NCBI RefSeq assembly: GCF_009834535.1
Contig: NC_045696.1
Coordinates: 109,432,001 to 109,496,000, forward strand
Reading direction: 5' to 3'
DNA from: Camelus ferus
Taxonomy: Eukaryota
DNA length: 64,000 nucleotides
Below, in pieces: positions 13,142 to 25,661 of this stretch (positions within the stretch are counted from its first letter, which is position 1; each line of letters starts with the position of its first letter). The translations under genes were made by a program, and so were the position numbers. The notes beneath the pieces were generated by a model. It saw only the letters and a list, made by a program, of their open reading frames with translations. It did not search any database and was not told the DNA's origin.

Positions 13142-13736
13142 TGAGACCAGAGGGAAGGGGGCAGGGCTCAGCCATGAAAAGAATGACACAACAATTGGCA
13201 CCAAGATGACGGAAGATTCAACTCCCACTGGACCTTGCGCTTCAGTGTACACTTATTGAAATACAATAGCTGCTGAATGACACTCCCACAGGCGCCAGGA
13301 CAGTTTCAAGGCTGACCGTGAAAGGTCAAAAAGCGGATGATGGCCCAGGTCCTGGGAATCCCAGCCTCTTCCCCAAAGGAGTTGGAATAATCCTCCCACT
13401 TGTTAGCATATGAAGTTACCCAGCCCATAAAAACTAACTACCTCGTGGTCAATCTCACTTTTCCTAGCCAACCCCATCCTCCGAGGCCACCACTCTCCCT
13501 TCTGAGTAAGATGGCCTACACTCTGCCTAGGGAACGTGTATCTCCTAGACCTTTCTCTTGCCTTTTGAGAAGGCCCGTATATGGAGTGTGTATTTCTGAA
13601 TAAATTAACTTTTACTCAACTGTGGCTCACTCTTGAATTCTTTCCTGCGTGAAGCCTCCCTTGGCAGGGCGTGTCCCAGGGACTTGCCTGAGACCTGAGA
13701 CACGGCCATCCTCTTGGACCTCATTTTCCTATATCG
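13142..13736 (+). mobile_element. MER41-like ERV1 solo LTR (artiodactyl type)
   Basis: Starts TG, ends CG (probably from CA); TSD CTAC/CTGC; MER41-like blocks acactcccacaggcgccaggacagttt, gaataatcctcccacttgttagcatat, ttgaattctttcctgcg; AATAAA 13599-13604. Confidence 0.8.
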
Positions 13737-14699
13737 CTGCTGTCTTCTTCTGGGAGAAATAGTTTCAGAGGCTTGACAAAGGCCATCAAGCAAGCTCTCA
13801 TTCCAAGTATGTCTTCTCCGTGTGTGTGTGTATGTGTGTTGGCTACACACTATTTCTGGCATCACTCCCCCGTGCAGGCTGTGATAGGGTGGGGAAAATC
13901 AGGCCTGATTCACCTTCCTGCACTGAGCACCGGGCCTGGTGCACAGTAGGTGCTGGAGAAATCTGATCATCTCTTTCTGGTCTCCACAGGGTGAATCCTA
14001 CACTTTAGCCAATCTGCAAGATTGTTTTCCAGTTTCTCAGCCCCTGCTCAGTAAACAATTTTGTTGTTTCTTATTGTATTTAATTTCTTCTACCTGGAAT
14101 ACCCTCCCAAGTTCATGATTGCCTGTTGATGTTGTGAGCATGCTTTCTGGCCCTCCTTCTCTGGAGCGCTTTCCCCGACCAGCTGGACCAGCCAGAGGCC
14201 ACCGAAGTCAGTCCTCTGTCCCACACAGGACTTACTCATGCACAGTAACCCTCCCGTACCTTGCTCCCAATCCTAACATCGACACTAGCAGCACCATATT
14301 GTACGTGTGGCTGGAACAGCTCTTCATTCCTGGCCTGATGGCTCCCAGTGGCACTTGAATACCTGGAAGCAGAGGGCTGGGGCAGCCTGGGGCAGCCTGG
14401 GGCCTCATCTGTGGACCTGTGGCCTTTCCGTGGGAAGCCACTGTCTCTGCAGCTGGGGACCCTCAGTGGGTAACTTCTCTTTCTTGCTATCTCCTGGCTA
14501 ATCTTCTCCCTAGACTCCTGAGAAAGAGGGCACTAGAGACTGATGTGGGGTTGGCCCACAAATTCCCACCATGCATGAGGGCTGAGCTTTCTCCTCCTGA
14601 CCTGCTAGGTGCTGGCCTGCCTGGGGGTTGGTGGTAACTGACCCCATCAACTGTGAGTGGAAGAGAGAAATCATGGCTGTCTGGGGCTGCCCTCAGCAT

Positions 14700-15520
14700 C
14701 TACTCATCTAATCATCACTTACTCAACACGTCTTATTGGAGGTCCTGGTGTGGACTGCTGGGCAGCGGGGATAGAGCTGTGAACACCACCACATCTGGCC
14801 CTTGAGGAGCTGTTGATGCTCACGATGAATAAATGAAGCCACAAACAGAGAGCTAAGGTGTCAGCAATGCTGTGAAGCAAGTAGCGAACAAGACGAGGGT
14901 GTGCAGTGGGGTGGACACTGGCAGTTTGTCAGGACGGTCAGGGAAGGGCTCTCTGTTGAAGAGGTACCCAAGCAGGGACTCAAGGAAGCGAGGAAGGCTG
15001 TGTGGGAGAGGAGGGAACAGCTGGGCTGTGGGGGCTGGGGGGTTCAGGGAAGAACCAGGGCCCAGTGTGTGCTTGGGAGGGGTGAGCAAGGGGGCGGGGG
15101 TAAGAGATGAGGCCCAAGGTAAGTGTGCTGGGGGTGGGGTGGGTGGGAGTAGATTGTACAGGCCATGGAAGGCACAGGCCACCTGGACATGGATGTACGG
15201 CCTTGGAAAGGACTTTGGATTTGACTCCATGTGAGCTGGGAAGGGTCCTCTGGACTCTGAAATATTCTGGAAGAGTGAAAACACCAGGCTAACTTTGAAA
15301 TGATTGCTCTGCAGCCATGTAGAGAGCAGACCGTAGAGGCATGAAGGCAGAAGCAGGGAGAACAGCAAGGAAGTCCTGACAATGACCCAGGTGGAAGATG
15401 GTGCTTGTGGTGGGGCGGCCGCCGGGGAGGTGATGGGAGGTGGTCCAGATACTGAGGGTAGGGCCAGCAGGGGTTGTTGATGGATGAGAAGTGGGATGTG
15501 GGAGGGAGAGGCGCCATTTT
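14700..15520 (-). mobile_element. L2 LINE 3' remnant, antisense
   Basis: cttactcaacacgtcttattg...ggggatagagctgtgaac...gactttggatttgactc are typical antisense L2 phrases. Confidence 0.8.
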
Positions 15521-16529
15521 TTGTCCTGAGACCCCAGAGAGTGGAGATGGGGAAGGGGTGGGAGGAGCAGACACTGAGCTGTCCAGGAAAGACCCAGGAT
15601 ACCCCCAACCTCGCCATCCGACTCAGCAAAACAAACCTCGCAATGGGCTTCAGCTTCTCCTCACTGCCCATAACTTGCAGTGCTTAGAGACGCAGGCTTG
15701 AGGAAGACCAAGTCTTGCTCCCTCTGGGCCCACTGCGCAGGGCAGCCTGCTCTGCAAGGCTCCTCAGCCCTGCAAGGCTCTTCAGGGGCAGGGCGTCTGC
15801 GGGGCCGCCCCTTCCACTCCTGCAGCCTGGCCAAGCCTGGCCCCAGCTTTGCAGGAACCCTGTAGCAAGTAAACCCGCCAGTCACATTTAGACCAAAATC
15901 TTCAAATTTGATACCGGAAGACAGTTTTTAGTAAACAGTTTTGGTGAAATGGTGACTTCTGTTATAAACAAACAGATGCGAGGAATTCTGACCCCATCAC
16001 GCCATTGTTGTGGGAAATGGCCACACTGTGTCCTTGGAAACAATAGAGTCGGAAGAACTGTAAACAACGCCCTTTCCCTTGGTGTCCTGGCCGGCACGCA
16101 CCCCTCCTCTCCCCCAAGGTCTCTGCGAGTTGAATAGCTTCTGCAAGGAAGCGCCTTCCCCGAAGTTAGAGGTCAAGGCTGAGCTTGGAGCCCCTCCATT
16201 CTCCAGGCTTTCAGTGAGGAAGTTGGGGCAGGGAAGGGGGTTGCTTTGCAGGTCTTTGCATCTGTAAGTCTGGGGCCAGAAAGATCCTCCGGTGTCTGAG
16301 TCTCTGGACACCCTGTTGGAGGCTTTGTTCTGGCCACACAGCAGCGCCTTCCAGGAGGCGTGGTTGGGGTGCTTCCTGCTCCTCCTTTAAGAAACCACAT
16401 CAGGACGGGACTATGAAGCAAGACAGGGACCCAGGAGTCAGGAGGAAAACAGGTGTCCTCCAGCGGCCAGTTCTGACCTGCAGGCTGCCAGTCTCTGCAG
16501 GGATATAATACTGGTGGTGGCCAACATGA

Positions 16530-16720
16530 ATGGAGGGCTTACTGCGTGCCCACACGGGTCCGAGCGCTCAGCAGGGATCACACCATCTCATGCTCACAGC
16601 CGCCGAACAAGCTAGGTGGTATTACTGTACCATCTTACAGCTGAGATCTAGACTTTGGTGACCTTAGGCAATTTGCCTGAGGTCACAGAGTCTGGAGGTG
16701 GTGGGGCCAGGGTGGAAGCC
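16530..16720 (-). mobile_element. MIR SINE
   Basis: attactgtaccatcttacagctgag...gcaatttgcctgaggtcacagag...gtggtggggccaggg. Confidence 0.6.
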
Positions 16721-16940
16721 TTCATGGCCCATCAAGAGAGCCCACCTGGCGATGGTGGCCCTTGGCCAGGGCAGGGCGGTCCAGGCATGGTGGGTAGGGC
16801 ATCTGCCATCCTGCCACCACAGCCCAGGGCCTTGCCAACATTCACAGGCCCGCTCTGGGGGTTCAAGGATGAATAGGACAAAGTCCCTGCCCTCAGGGAA
16901 CTCGTGACCTAGCAGAGCTGAGACCATCTGCTGAGCCCAC

Positions 16941-17675
16941 TGTTGCCAAAACTTGCCCTCTGTACCCCGATTACCTAACTGAGACTTGAGGACAGAGTTT
17001 TGGATGAAGCAGAAAAGGCAGATTTATTTCTTTGCCAGGCAAAGGAGGTCACAATAGGCTAATGCCTCCAAGATTGTGAGCCTCCCAGGGAAAGAAGGCA
17101 GGGGGTTTTATACGAAAAGTTCAAGAGGTGATGCTGGTTTCCATAGAGATCACGTACAGGGTAACAAATTGTTGCATATTGTTTTTGCATATGCAATGGT
17201 CCCCTTCCTTCTCTGCTGGGTATATGGTGTTTCCCTCCTGCCTTGGGAATCTCCTAATGTTCTTGCGCCTGAAAAGTGCTCTAGAGAAAACTTTGTGCAG
17301 TTTAAAAGTCAGACTGATAAATGCTTCTAGCATTTTAGGTAGGCTAAAGCCTGGGACCTCTTGCTGCAGTATTTGCACAGGCTGGGACCTGCACCTCAAG
17401 CAACAAAAAAACAAACCACAAGGGACTAAAAATAACTGCGCATGTGCGCAGAAACCCAGCTGCCATTTCTGTGGTGTCAGGAGCAAAAGCAGGGCGCTGT
17501 GCGTGATCCCTGCACACGGCACCACGCAGCGGCTGGGTGGACCACCCAAGCCTCCCTCGTCTCCAGCCCAACCCTGGTCGGCAGGAGTGTGAGAAAAGCC
17601 ATATACACTACCATACGTTAAGCAGTTACAAATACCGTATGGTCACCGATGACAATAGGGTCTTGCTGGGTTACA
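16941..17675 (-). mobile_element. ERV1-class solo LTR with a probable nested opposite-strand LTR fragment
   Basis: TG...CA ends (tgttgcc...gttaca); TSD CCAC/CCGC; minus-strand AATAAA (tttatt near 17024) and TATA (ttttata near 17107); R/U5 similar to the 9853-10290 LTR. Confidence 0.75.
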
Positions 17676-18925
17676 CCGCCACCCTGGCCCAGAAGTCATT
17701 CCATAGTGTCCCCTGCATGGACAGGAGTAAAGTGACCTCAGCTGGGACGCTAACAGTTCTGGGCTGAGATACCTGCCTTCTGGGACTCGGACCTTACAAA
17801 GCTCTTCCCTACAGTGGTGAATTGTGACCTTCAGTGGGGCAAGCTGGGAGTGCCATTGAGGGCCTGGCACATGGCAGGTGCCTGGTGGAGGCTCCAGTGA
17901 AAAAAGAGCTTGGCTCATAGAGGGAGAGGCTGCTGCACTGGAACCCCAGGCCGGGGCATCTGCTCACCCAGGTGAGGCTCCAGAAGGCACAGGTGGGCCC
18001 TGTCCATGACTCCCGGGGCCCTTTCCTGTGCCCTGGGAAGGGACGGCACTTTGGAAATACCTCTTAGCTGTAGAAGCTGCAGATGAACGTGCCCTGAGCA
18101 TCAGCCCAAAGCCGTTCCCCGCCTCCTCCGCCCCCTGGGAGGCTCTCCAGGGAGTGCATGGGAAGCTGGGAAGAGCCTTCAAAGATCAAAGGGAAGACTT
18201 GGGGCTGCTCCGGGTGGTGTCTAGACAGACACTCCGACCACGGGACTTGGGGAGGGAGGTGTGCCTGTGATGTCAGAGGCTCCTTCAAAGGAGCCAGTCT
18301 TCTGGGAGTGGGTGTTCAGGACTCCCTCAGCAGCAACGTGGGCTGCTAGGCCAGAGCAGCAGGACAGGCACAGCCCAACCCCCCTTCCTGCCCTCCGAAG
18401 GGGTCGGGGAGAACCTCCAGGCCCCGAAGACCTTGGCCGTAAGTGTCTCTTTCATTCAATGTGTTTAATGAGCACTCACTAGCCTCAGGCACAAAGCGGA
18501 CCACAACCACTGCTCCCGTGGGGCCTACACTCCACCAGCACCATAAGCCCCCTTCCCTGCAGGCTGGGAACCCCAGAAGGGGCTGTGTCTCTCCTGCAGC
18601 CAGGAGGGTGGCTGAGTGAGACAGGCCGGAGCCAGAGAGTCAGGGTGTCGGGACCACCATGAGCAGACACCGGCCCAGCTGGACATGGACTTTTATAGCT
18701 ACAGATTTTTGTTTTTAAAAAACTCTTACCTGGAACCCCATGTAAACAGTGTTTTATTAAGCATAACTTTCTTTTGGTGCCTTCCTCCCTGTAAGGTTTA
18801 CTTATTAAGCTGATTGGTGAGAACAACCAGGCAGTTTTGATCAACATAACCACTTGAAATCCAGGGTTATGGAAATCAGTTAGACTCTCACAGCCAACCT
18901 AGGCGTCCAGTGCCTTCCCACATAT

Positions 18926-19125
18926 CAAGGTTCTTGCACTCAGCACCATTAACATTTGGGGGTCAGGGACTTCTTTGTTGGGGGTGTCCTGAGCACTGCA
19001 GGATGTTAACCAGCATTCCTAGCCTCCACCCACTAGATGTCGGTAGTAACACTCCCCTCACGTATGAAAACCAAAAATGTCTCCAGACATTGTCAGGTGT
19101 CAGTCACCCCTGTTGAGAACCACTG
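18926..19125 (+). mobile_element. MER20 hAT-Charlie DNA transposon
   Basis: cagcaccattaacatttggggg...cactgcaggatgttaaccagcattcctagcctccacccactagatg...aaccaaaaatgtctccagacattg...gttgagaaccactg. Confidence 0.9.
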
Positions 19126-21635
19126 CCATCTATTTTGATTGGACGAGATCAAGAAATCCTGTTTCACACAGAGAAGTACTTGCCGTTGTTTAAAAGTATT
19201 CTTCTTTTTTTCAAGTCAGCTCTCTTGACGCTCCTGGGTCCGCCTTGAATTCAATAAAAGTTTTATTCTGAGGTCTGCACAAAAAGCAAGTTCCTGCCGC
19301 GGCCTTAGTTAATGTGTCAGTAGCTGTCGATGTACTAAGATTGGTGTGCAACACATTTACGTGGGCGTGTCGTTTTCATTACAATTTTGAAGAGTAGGGG
19401 AAATCTTCGTATTAAAAACATTCAGACCAAACGTTGGCAGAGCCCCTAAGCCTTTTGGAGGCAGGTTCCAAGACGCTGGCTTCACGCTGGGAAGCAGCCC
19501 TAGAGAGAGGCCAGGATCTGATGACCATGAAGGTCAGGCGGGAGGGCAAGATCACCTGGGCCTGTGTGCTTCCCTGAGACCCAAGGCTTCAGACAAAGCC
19601 TGCAGGAGGCGGGAAGGGCGGGCGGAGGACGAGGATCCAAGGTTGAGGGAAGAAAAGTAAAACCGATTTAGGGGGTGAGCGGAAGAAAGGCCTCTCGCCC
19701 CATGTGGTTCTAAGAAAGAGCCCCCAATTCTTGGTGACGCAGGGCCAGGAGGTTAAACCCAGAATCATCATAATGATAACAATCTGCACTATTTGATGCT
19801 TCCAGAATTTCCCGGGAGCAAGTCCAAGGTGGAGAATCCCAGCGGAAGTGCTGCTTGTCGGAAGTGAGAGGGAGCCGGGGCGGGTAAGGGGATGAAAGGA
19901 CGGGGGAGAACGTCTTTCCCAGGTCCCAGGTTTGGGGACGGGGGCTGCCGGCCACCCTGGGGATGACGGGGTGGGGGGCCCCGCAGGCTGCAGAAACAAC
20001 AGCTGGCTTTAATGTTCTGGAAAAAATAACCCTTCCCTGGAATCAATTTGTTCTCCCTCCTCCGAAATTGGGAGCCAATTTCTGGGCTCACTCCTGGGAA
20101 ATCTGCCTCCAATGCAGCGGGACAGCTGATCACAGGCCAGGACTCACCACACAGCACAGCGCGGCAAACCCGACCAGGGGCCCGACAGCCACCCGCTGGC
20201 CGTGTCCTCAGCTCCTGGGCAGTTCTTGGAGGCAGGCTGGCCCGGGCGGACAGGGGAGCCCCAGGCCTGGAGCGCAGAGGCGCGGGCCACAGACCCCCTA
20301 AGCATCTCCTCCCCTTCTCCTTCTCCAGACACTGTGGAGTATTTCGTTCTTATGGTCCAGTCAGGCACTTTCAATGTGTCAGGGCTCTGGCGCTGAGAGA
20401 GATGGTAAAGATGGTGTGGTCCTGCTCCTCATTTCACAGCTGGGCAATCTGAGGCTCTGCGGTGACTTTTCCAAGGTCACCCGTGCAGACATCCTGACCA
20501 CCCACTCGGGGCTCTCTAAAACCTCTACTTCTTTCTGTTGGGGGAGGGTGGCTTGTCCACAGCTTCTTGTTTAGCCATCCAGCGTGGTGTCTCCTGAGAG
20601 AGGGCGAGCATGTGAGGGAGCACGTGCAGGCGTGCGCCCTGGCCCAGCCGGGAGGGCGGGTACACACCTACCATCTTTGGACACGGCTGACTGTTCCCCT
20701 GTCAGGACAGACAGTCTGTCTGGTGTTGGGATCAGGATAAGGGCTGCGAAGAAGGTTGGGGCTGGGGTGTGGGTGAGTGTTGAGAGTCCGGCAGTCTCAT
20801 GTGGAACCGAGGAAAGTCCTTGGAGGTCTTTGACTGGCGTTTATGCTGGGTTTGGGTTAGGCTGGTCAGAGAAGATGTCCCAGGAAAGGAGGCCCACAAA
20901 GGATGCTCAGAATGTCAGCTGGTGCAGAGGGGCCTGGGAAGACGACCCCGCAGACAGGGCTGGGAAGCTGGAGAACAGGAGGTGTGCTTGGGAAAGTTTG
21001 AGTAGTCCATATTGACTGTGGGGCAGGGTTTATTTGGGGAACAAACAGTTGGCTGCAGACACTTATTGAGCACCAGTTGGATGCAGGTGCCTACGGTGCT
21101 ACAGACAAAGACAGAGGAGACTTGAATTGAGAGTTACCAAGAGTTTGTTCTGTTAACTTTCCCAACAGACTTACAGAGGCCCTTCTCTGCAGCACACATG
21201 GTGGGAATAAAGCATGGTCCGTGCCCTCAAGAACTCACTGACCACGGGAAGGCTGCTGAGAGGCAGACATAAAATGAGTGCCGAGGGCTGTGGGAACTGC
21301 CCGGGAAGGGCTCCTGCCTCCTTCTAAATTCCCAGCCTAATCCTAACTCCTGCATGCCCGCCTCCAGAGACCCTTACTCCAGATCCTGGTGCATCCCCCA
21401 CCCCAGGGAGTCTCTGCACTTCCACAATATGCACATGTGCACCCTCCTTCCGTGGAAGACTTTCAGAGGATTCCCATTAAGAACCACCAGTCCAAATGCA
21501 AACCCAAGTCTTAGCCTGACAGGGGCGTTGAGAGCAGAGTTTATCTGGGGGAGAAGAATCCCAGGGCACTGTATTTCAGAATCAAGGATGCTGAAAAAGT
21601 CTTCAGACCTTGCCTGACTCTTCTTTCTGTAGGTC

Positions 21636-22136
21636 TGTTACCAAATCCAAGCTCATGCTGCTCACTGCATGATAGGCCAATAAATTGAGAGACAAGGTGT
21701 TGGGGCAAGGAAGAGCGACTTTATTTGGAAAGCCAGCAGACCAAGCAGATGGTGGATTAGTGTCCCAAAGAATCATCTTGCCTAAGTTAGAATTCAGGCT
21801 TCTTTTATACTAAAAGAGGAGGAGGTCTGGCTGGTTGTTGCAAACTTCTTGGTGCAGAAATCCTTTGATCCTGCAGCTGTCCGCATAAGTCTCGTCACAA
21901 TGTTCCTACAAACCTCCAATAAGACAATTGTTATTTTCTGTCCTGCAACTTTTTACTGCTCTATGAATGGACAAGTGTTATATCTTTAAAGGTCAGAGCC
22001 TCGAGAATGGGCTGTCCTGTGTATTTCAGGCTATGGGAAAGGTGCAGAGCCAGCATGACTAAGCAGAGGCAACAGAGCCCAGGGTTAGAGCCAAAGGGAC
22101 AGATTCAATATGGAGTCAGGTTTGTTCTCTGTTTTA
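21636..22136 (-). mobile_element. ERV1 solo LTR (LTR39-like cetartiodactyl family)
   Basis: Starts tgttaccaaatccaagctc; exact TSD GGTC at 21632-21635 and 22137-22140; minus-strand AATAAA (21720-21725) and TATAAAA (21803-21809). Confidence 0.85.
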
Positions 22137-24749
22137 GGTCCCGCTGTGCCCTCAGGCAGCAGAGAACCCCAGCTTAGCAGCTTCTCTGCTCCGCATTGAA
22201 GGCTGCCACTGGCTTAATTCAGGGTCCTCCACCAGGATGACTGGAGCCTGATAAGAGTCTCACCTCACATCTGGAAAGCGCCGTGCAGCTTCCTGTGACC
22301 TCAGACCCTTCCTCTGGCATTGGCAGAGCAGCTGCGGTTTCCATTCTCAGGTGAGGCCACTGAGGCTTGGAGAGGGCCAGGGTGGGCTTCCTCTGAGCTT
22401 GGTGCCCTCCCCGCTCCTTCCAGTTGCCCTGCAACCTCCCTCCCAACTCAGGCCGCGTGTACTCTGTTCCTGTGCGGCAGGAGTGACATTTCCTGAAAGG
22501 CGCTCCCGGGCCGCCAGCTTCAAGGGCTCCGGCAAGACCCTGCCTGGGAAGGACTGAGCTGGCGCTGGCGGGCGGGGTGCTGGACTGACCCTGACCTCAG
22601 GGGCCTTCCTCTCCTCATTAGGGAAGGATGCTGGGGAGAGTGAAGGAGGCTCTGGGGAGCCAAGCTCCTTCTGGGAACCATCCTAGGGGAAGCGTTGCTC
22701 CTGCCTGGCCCTTCCCTGTGCTGCACCACGCCCACCCTGGGCTTCAGAGGGGCTTTGGTGCTGGAAAGAATGGGCCTTAGACCCTGGACCTTGCAGGAGG
22801 CAGAGGTCAGCACATTCCAGGGCTTGGCCTTTCCGCCTCAGTCAGAAAACTCACAGCGGACGGAAGGCCTGGGCCTCCTCCTGGGCTGCGTGGAGCCAGC
22901 AGTGCACAGGGCGTGGGTTCCAGCAGCCCCCTCTCTGGAGGGCAAAGCTCTTGGAGCCCCTTGGCCTCTGCTGAGCAGGAGCTGACCTCGGAGCCTCCCT
23001 CCCTGAGAATGCTATGAGGCCCCCAGGCCCTGTTCCCTCCCAGGGCCTGGGCCCCAGCCACTGAGCTGCCTGGGGGAAAGACACGTTTCTCCATTGGTGG
23101 AGAAGACACACCAATTCTGGTGCTGCCTCCCACTCTGGACCCCAAGTCACCCTGCCGGTGTCTCCCTTTGAGGCACACAGGCCCCCCCTCTGCCCTCACA
23201 GCTCTGCTCGCTCCCTCCACTGCCTGGAGCAATCTCTCCTCCATCTTCCCTTGAGGACTCCTGCTCATCCTTCAGCCCCAGGCCTCCCCTCCTGTCCCCG
23301 GAATGCCTTCATGGACCCTGGGATGGCTGGTTCCTCTGTTCTATGCCCTGGCCTTTTCCTCCAGAGCACGGTCAGAGTTAATGAACTGAGGATGACCCAC
23401 CGACCCCCCGCTCCAGCCACAGGAGGGCTGGGACAGTTCTATGTCTTGTGTGCTAGGCAAGACACGGTGGGGGCTGCCCAGTTGTGCTTATTGTGTTACT
23501 GAATGTTCTAGAAGGATCGGGGTTTCCAGAAGGTACTGCTCTGAGGCTCTGCACACACCTGAGGTGCAAGGAAGCACACCTGGCCCACAGAAGGTCCGTT
23601 AGGACATGGCAGGGCAAGGGAGTGTGGGCTCACTCTGAGGGCAGGCCAGGATGGCCTGCCAAGGGTGGGGCTGGGCAGGGAGGCCAGGCAGCTGGTCCAA
23701 ATGGTACAAAATAGCTTGTGATGGGTTTACAGAGAGAGGACAGCCCTGTGGAAGGGGCAGTGCCCAGCCAGGGGACAGCCAAAGGCAGATTCCCTCAAGC
23801 CTACAGGCCACGAAGGGTCACCAGGGGTCCCACCCTTGCAAGAGAACTTTCTCCTTGTGGGGAAGTGGCAGTGGAATCAGAGGCAGTGGGTTCAGATCTG
23901 GTCCCATCTTCTCCCAGAGTCCCTTGTTCCTCATCTGTAAAGGAAGGACTTAACTGATGGAGTTACTGGGAGGTCAGCTGAAGGAATGTTTATGAAAGGT
24001 GAGTCAAATGTAATTTTGCTTTTTCCTTCTCTGCACGAATCACAGGCCAGAGGTGAGAGCCGGGGGTGGGGAGCCCTCCTGGCCCACGGGGAGCGGTCGT
24101 CACTGTCTGGGTACTTGCCTTCCAGCGGACAGTAAAGGGTCACAGACCTGCTCCTGTGACTCACGGCTCTGGGAAGAAGGCAGAAACAGGTTCCTGCAGA
24201 TGTTGCAGAGGTGAGGAGAGTTTTCCTTGCCTTCCCAGCCCCATTGTTCAACAAACACGTACCAAGCTCTTCCCAGGCCCCAGGCACTGTGCAGGCACCA
24301 AAAGACGGAGCAATACAGCTCAGCCCTCAGAGAACCCCCGCTGCTTCCAGGGCTCCAGGAGGCCTGACCCCTGGAGGGGAGCAGGTCTTTTCTAGAGGGC
24401 CGGCCCTGACCCATCTCTTAGTGCGGGAGAGCTGGGGGCGGCCATCACCTACGCTTGCTCCTTGGAGGTCTGGCTGGTCCCTGGCTTCCTGCCCTTCTTG
24501 GCAGCTCTGTAGCCCAGACTCTCTGGAAGTCTGGACTCCTATGGCTGACCGCCCCCAACCCCTCCCCACACAGGGACAATGGGGCAGCTCGCACAAGGTG
24601 CAAAGCTGCGCTCTGGAAGCTTTCCCCTCCCTCTCGAACAACAGCAGCTCCAGGCTTCTAGTCCTCATGCCAAAACCTTGAAGTCCCCCACCCCAACCCC
24701 CACAGCCCACACTCCATCTGCCAACCAGTCTCACCAGCACTACCTTAAA

Positions 24750-25005
24750 ATAGATGGCAAACGAATCCACAGCGGACAGAAAGCAGACCTGCGGTGGCCT
24801 GGAGTGTGGAGTGAGGGAGACAGGTCAAAGGGACACGAGGAAACTTCTGGAGGCAGCAGAATGCTAAGGATCTTGATTGTGGAGATGGGTTGATGGCTGC
24901 ACATGCACATCAGAGCTCGTCCAACTGTACACTTCATGTGGCGTTTAATGGATGTCACTTACACTTTAATAAAGCAGTTTGTTGTTTATTTAAAAAAAAA
25001 CAAAA
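24750..25005 (+). mobile_element. L1ME/L1MB 3' UTR end
   Basis: aaagggacacgaggaaacttctggagg...atcttgattgtggagatgg...aactgtacactt...aataaagcagtt followed by an A-rich tail. Confidence 0.75.
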
Positions 25006-25556
25006 ACAGATGTTTCTCATGACCCATGTGAGACCCTGGACAAGCCCTTTCCCTTCTTTTAGCCTCAGCTTCCCCATCTATGAGATGGGCGTCTCTAAGA
25101 GTCCTTCCAGCTGGACCACCTAACCTCCTGCCCACCATGCCCCTCTCCTCCCGCTGTGAACGCACCTCCCTTGAAGGTAGCACCAGTCTCCAGGGTAAGG
25201 GCTGTGGCTGTGTGGCCCAGGTTTGTCCCTGCACTCTTTCCGATCCTGGCTCAGCTCACCAGCCCTCCTTGCAAGAGTCGCTCAGACCAAGTAGAGAAAT
25301 TGGTTGGGAGAGGTGGATGCCAGGGAACAGGGCCAAGTCATGTAGGAAAATAAGGAAGTGAGTAACTCCGTGACTCTACACTGTCTGGACTCCTCTCAAG
25401 CCCAGAAAAACTCCGGAAATCTGGAGAGAAGCACGCAGATGTTGCCAACACTTACATTTGACAGATGGGATGGGGAAACTGAGACCCAGAGGGAATTCAA
25501 CTTTCAAGTACACTGAGTTGGAAATGGCAGAGTTGATGCAGAAATGCAGGTTGCTG

Positions 25557-25661
25557 TAATCTAGACTTATTGTGGGGATCATTTGCAATATATACAAATA
25601 TTATGATGTATTCTTGAAATTAATGTACTGTCATATGTCAATTACATCTCAATTAAAATAG
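25557..25661 (+). mobile_element. 105-bp 5'-truncated L1 3' end (L1MA9-like) inserted into a MIR
   Basis: ctagacttattgtggggatcatttgcaatatatacaaatat...tgtcaattacatctcaat; exact 17-bp TSD AGAAATGCAGGTTGCTG at 25540-25556 and 25662-25678. Confidence 0.88.

Noticed and set aside
14853..15671. 272-aa minus-strand ORF
   Set aside because: Lies mostly in a decayed L2 remnant; no recognisable domain.
9853..17675. Provirus bounded by the two related LTRs
   Set aside because: The LTRs are inverted, each has its own TSD-like flanks, and I saw no gag/pol/env between them.
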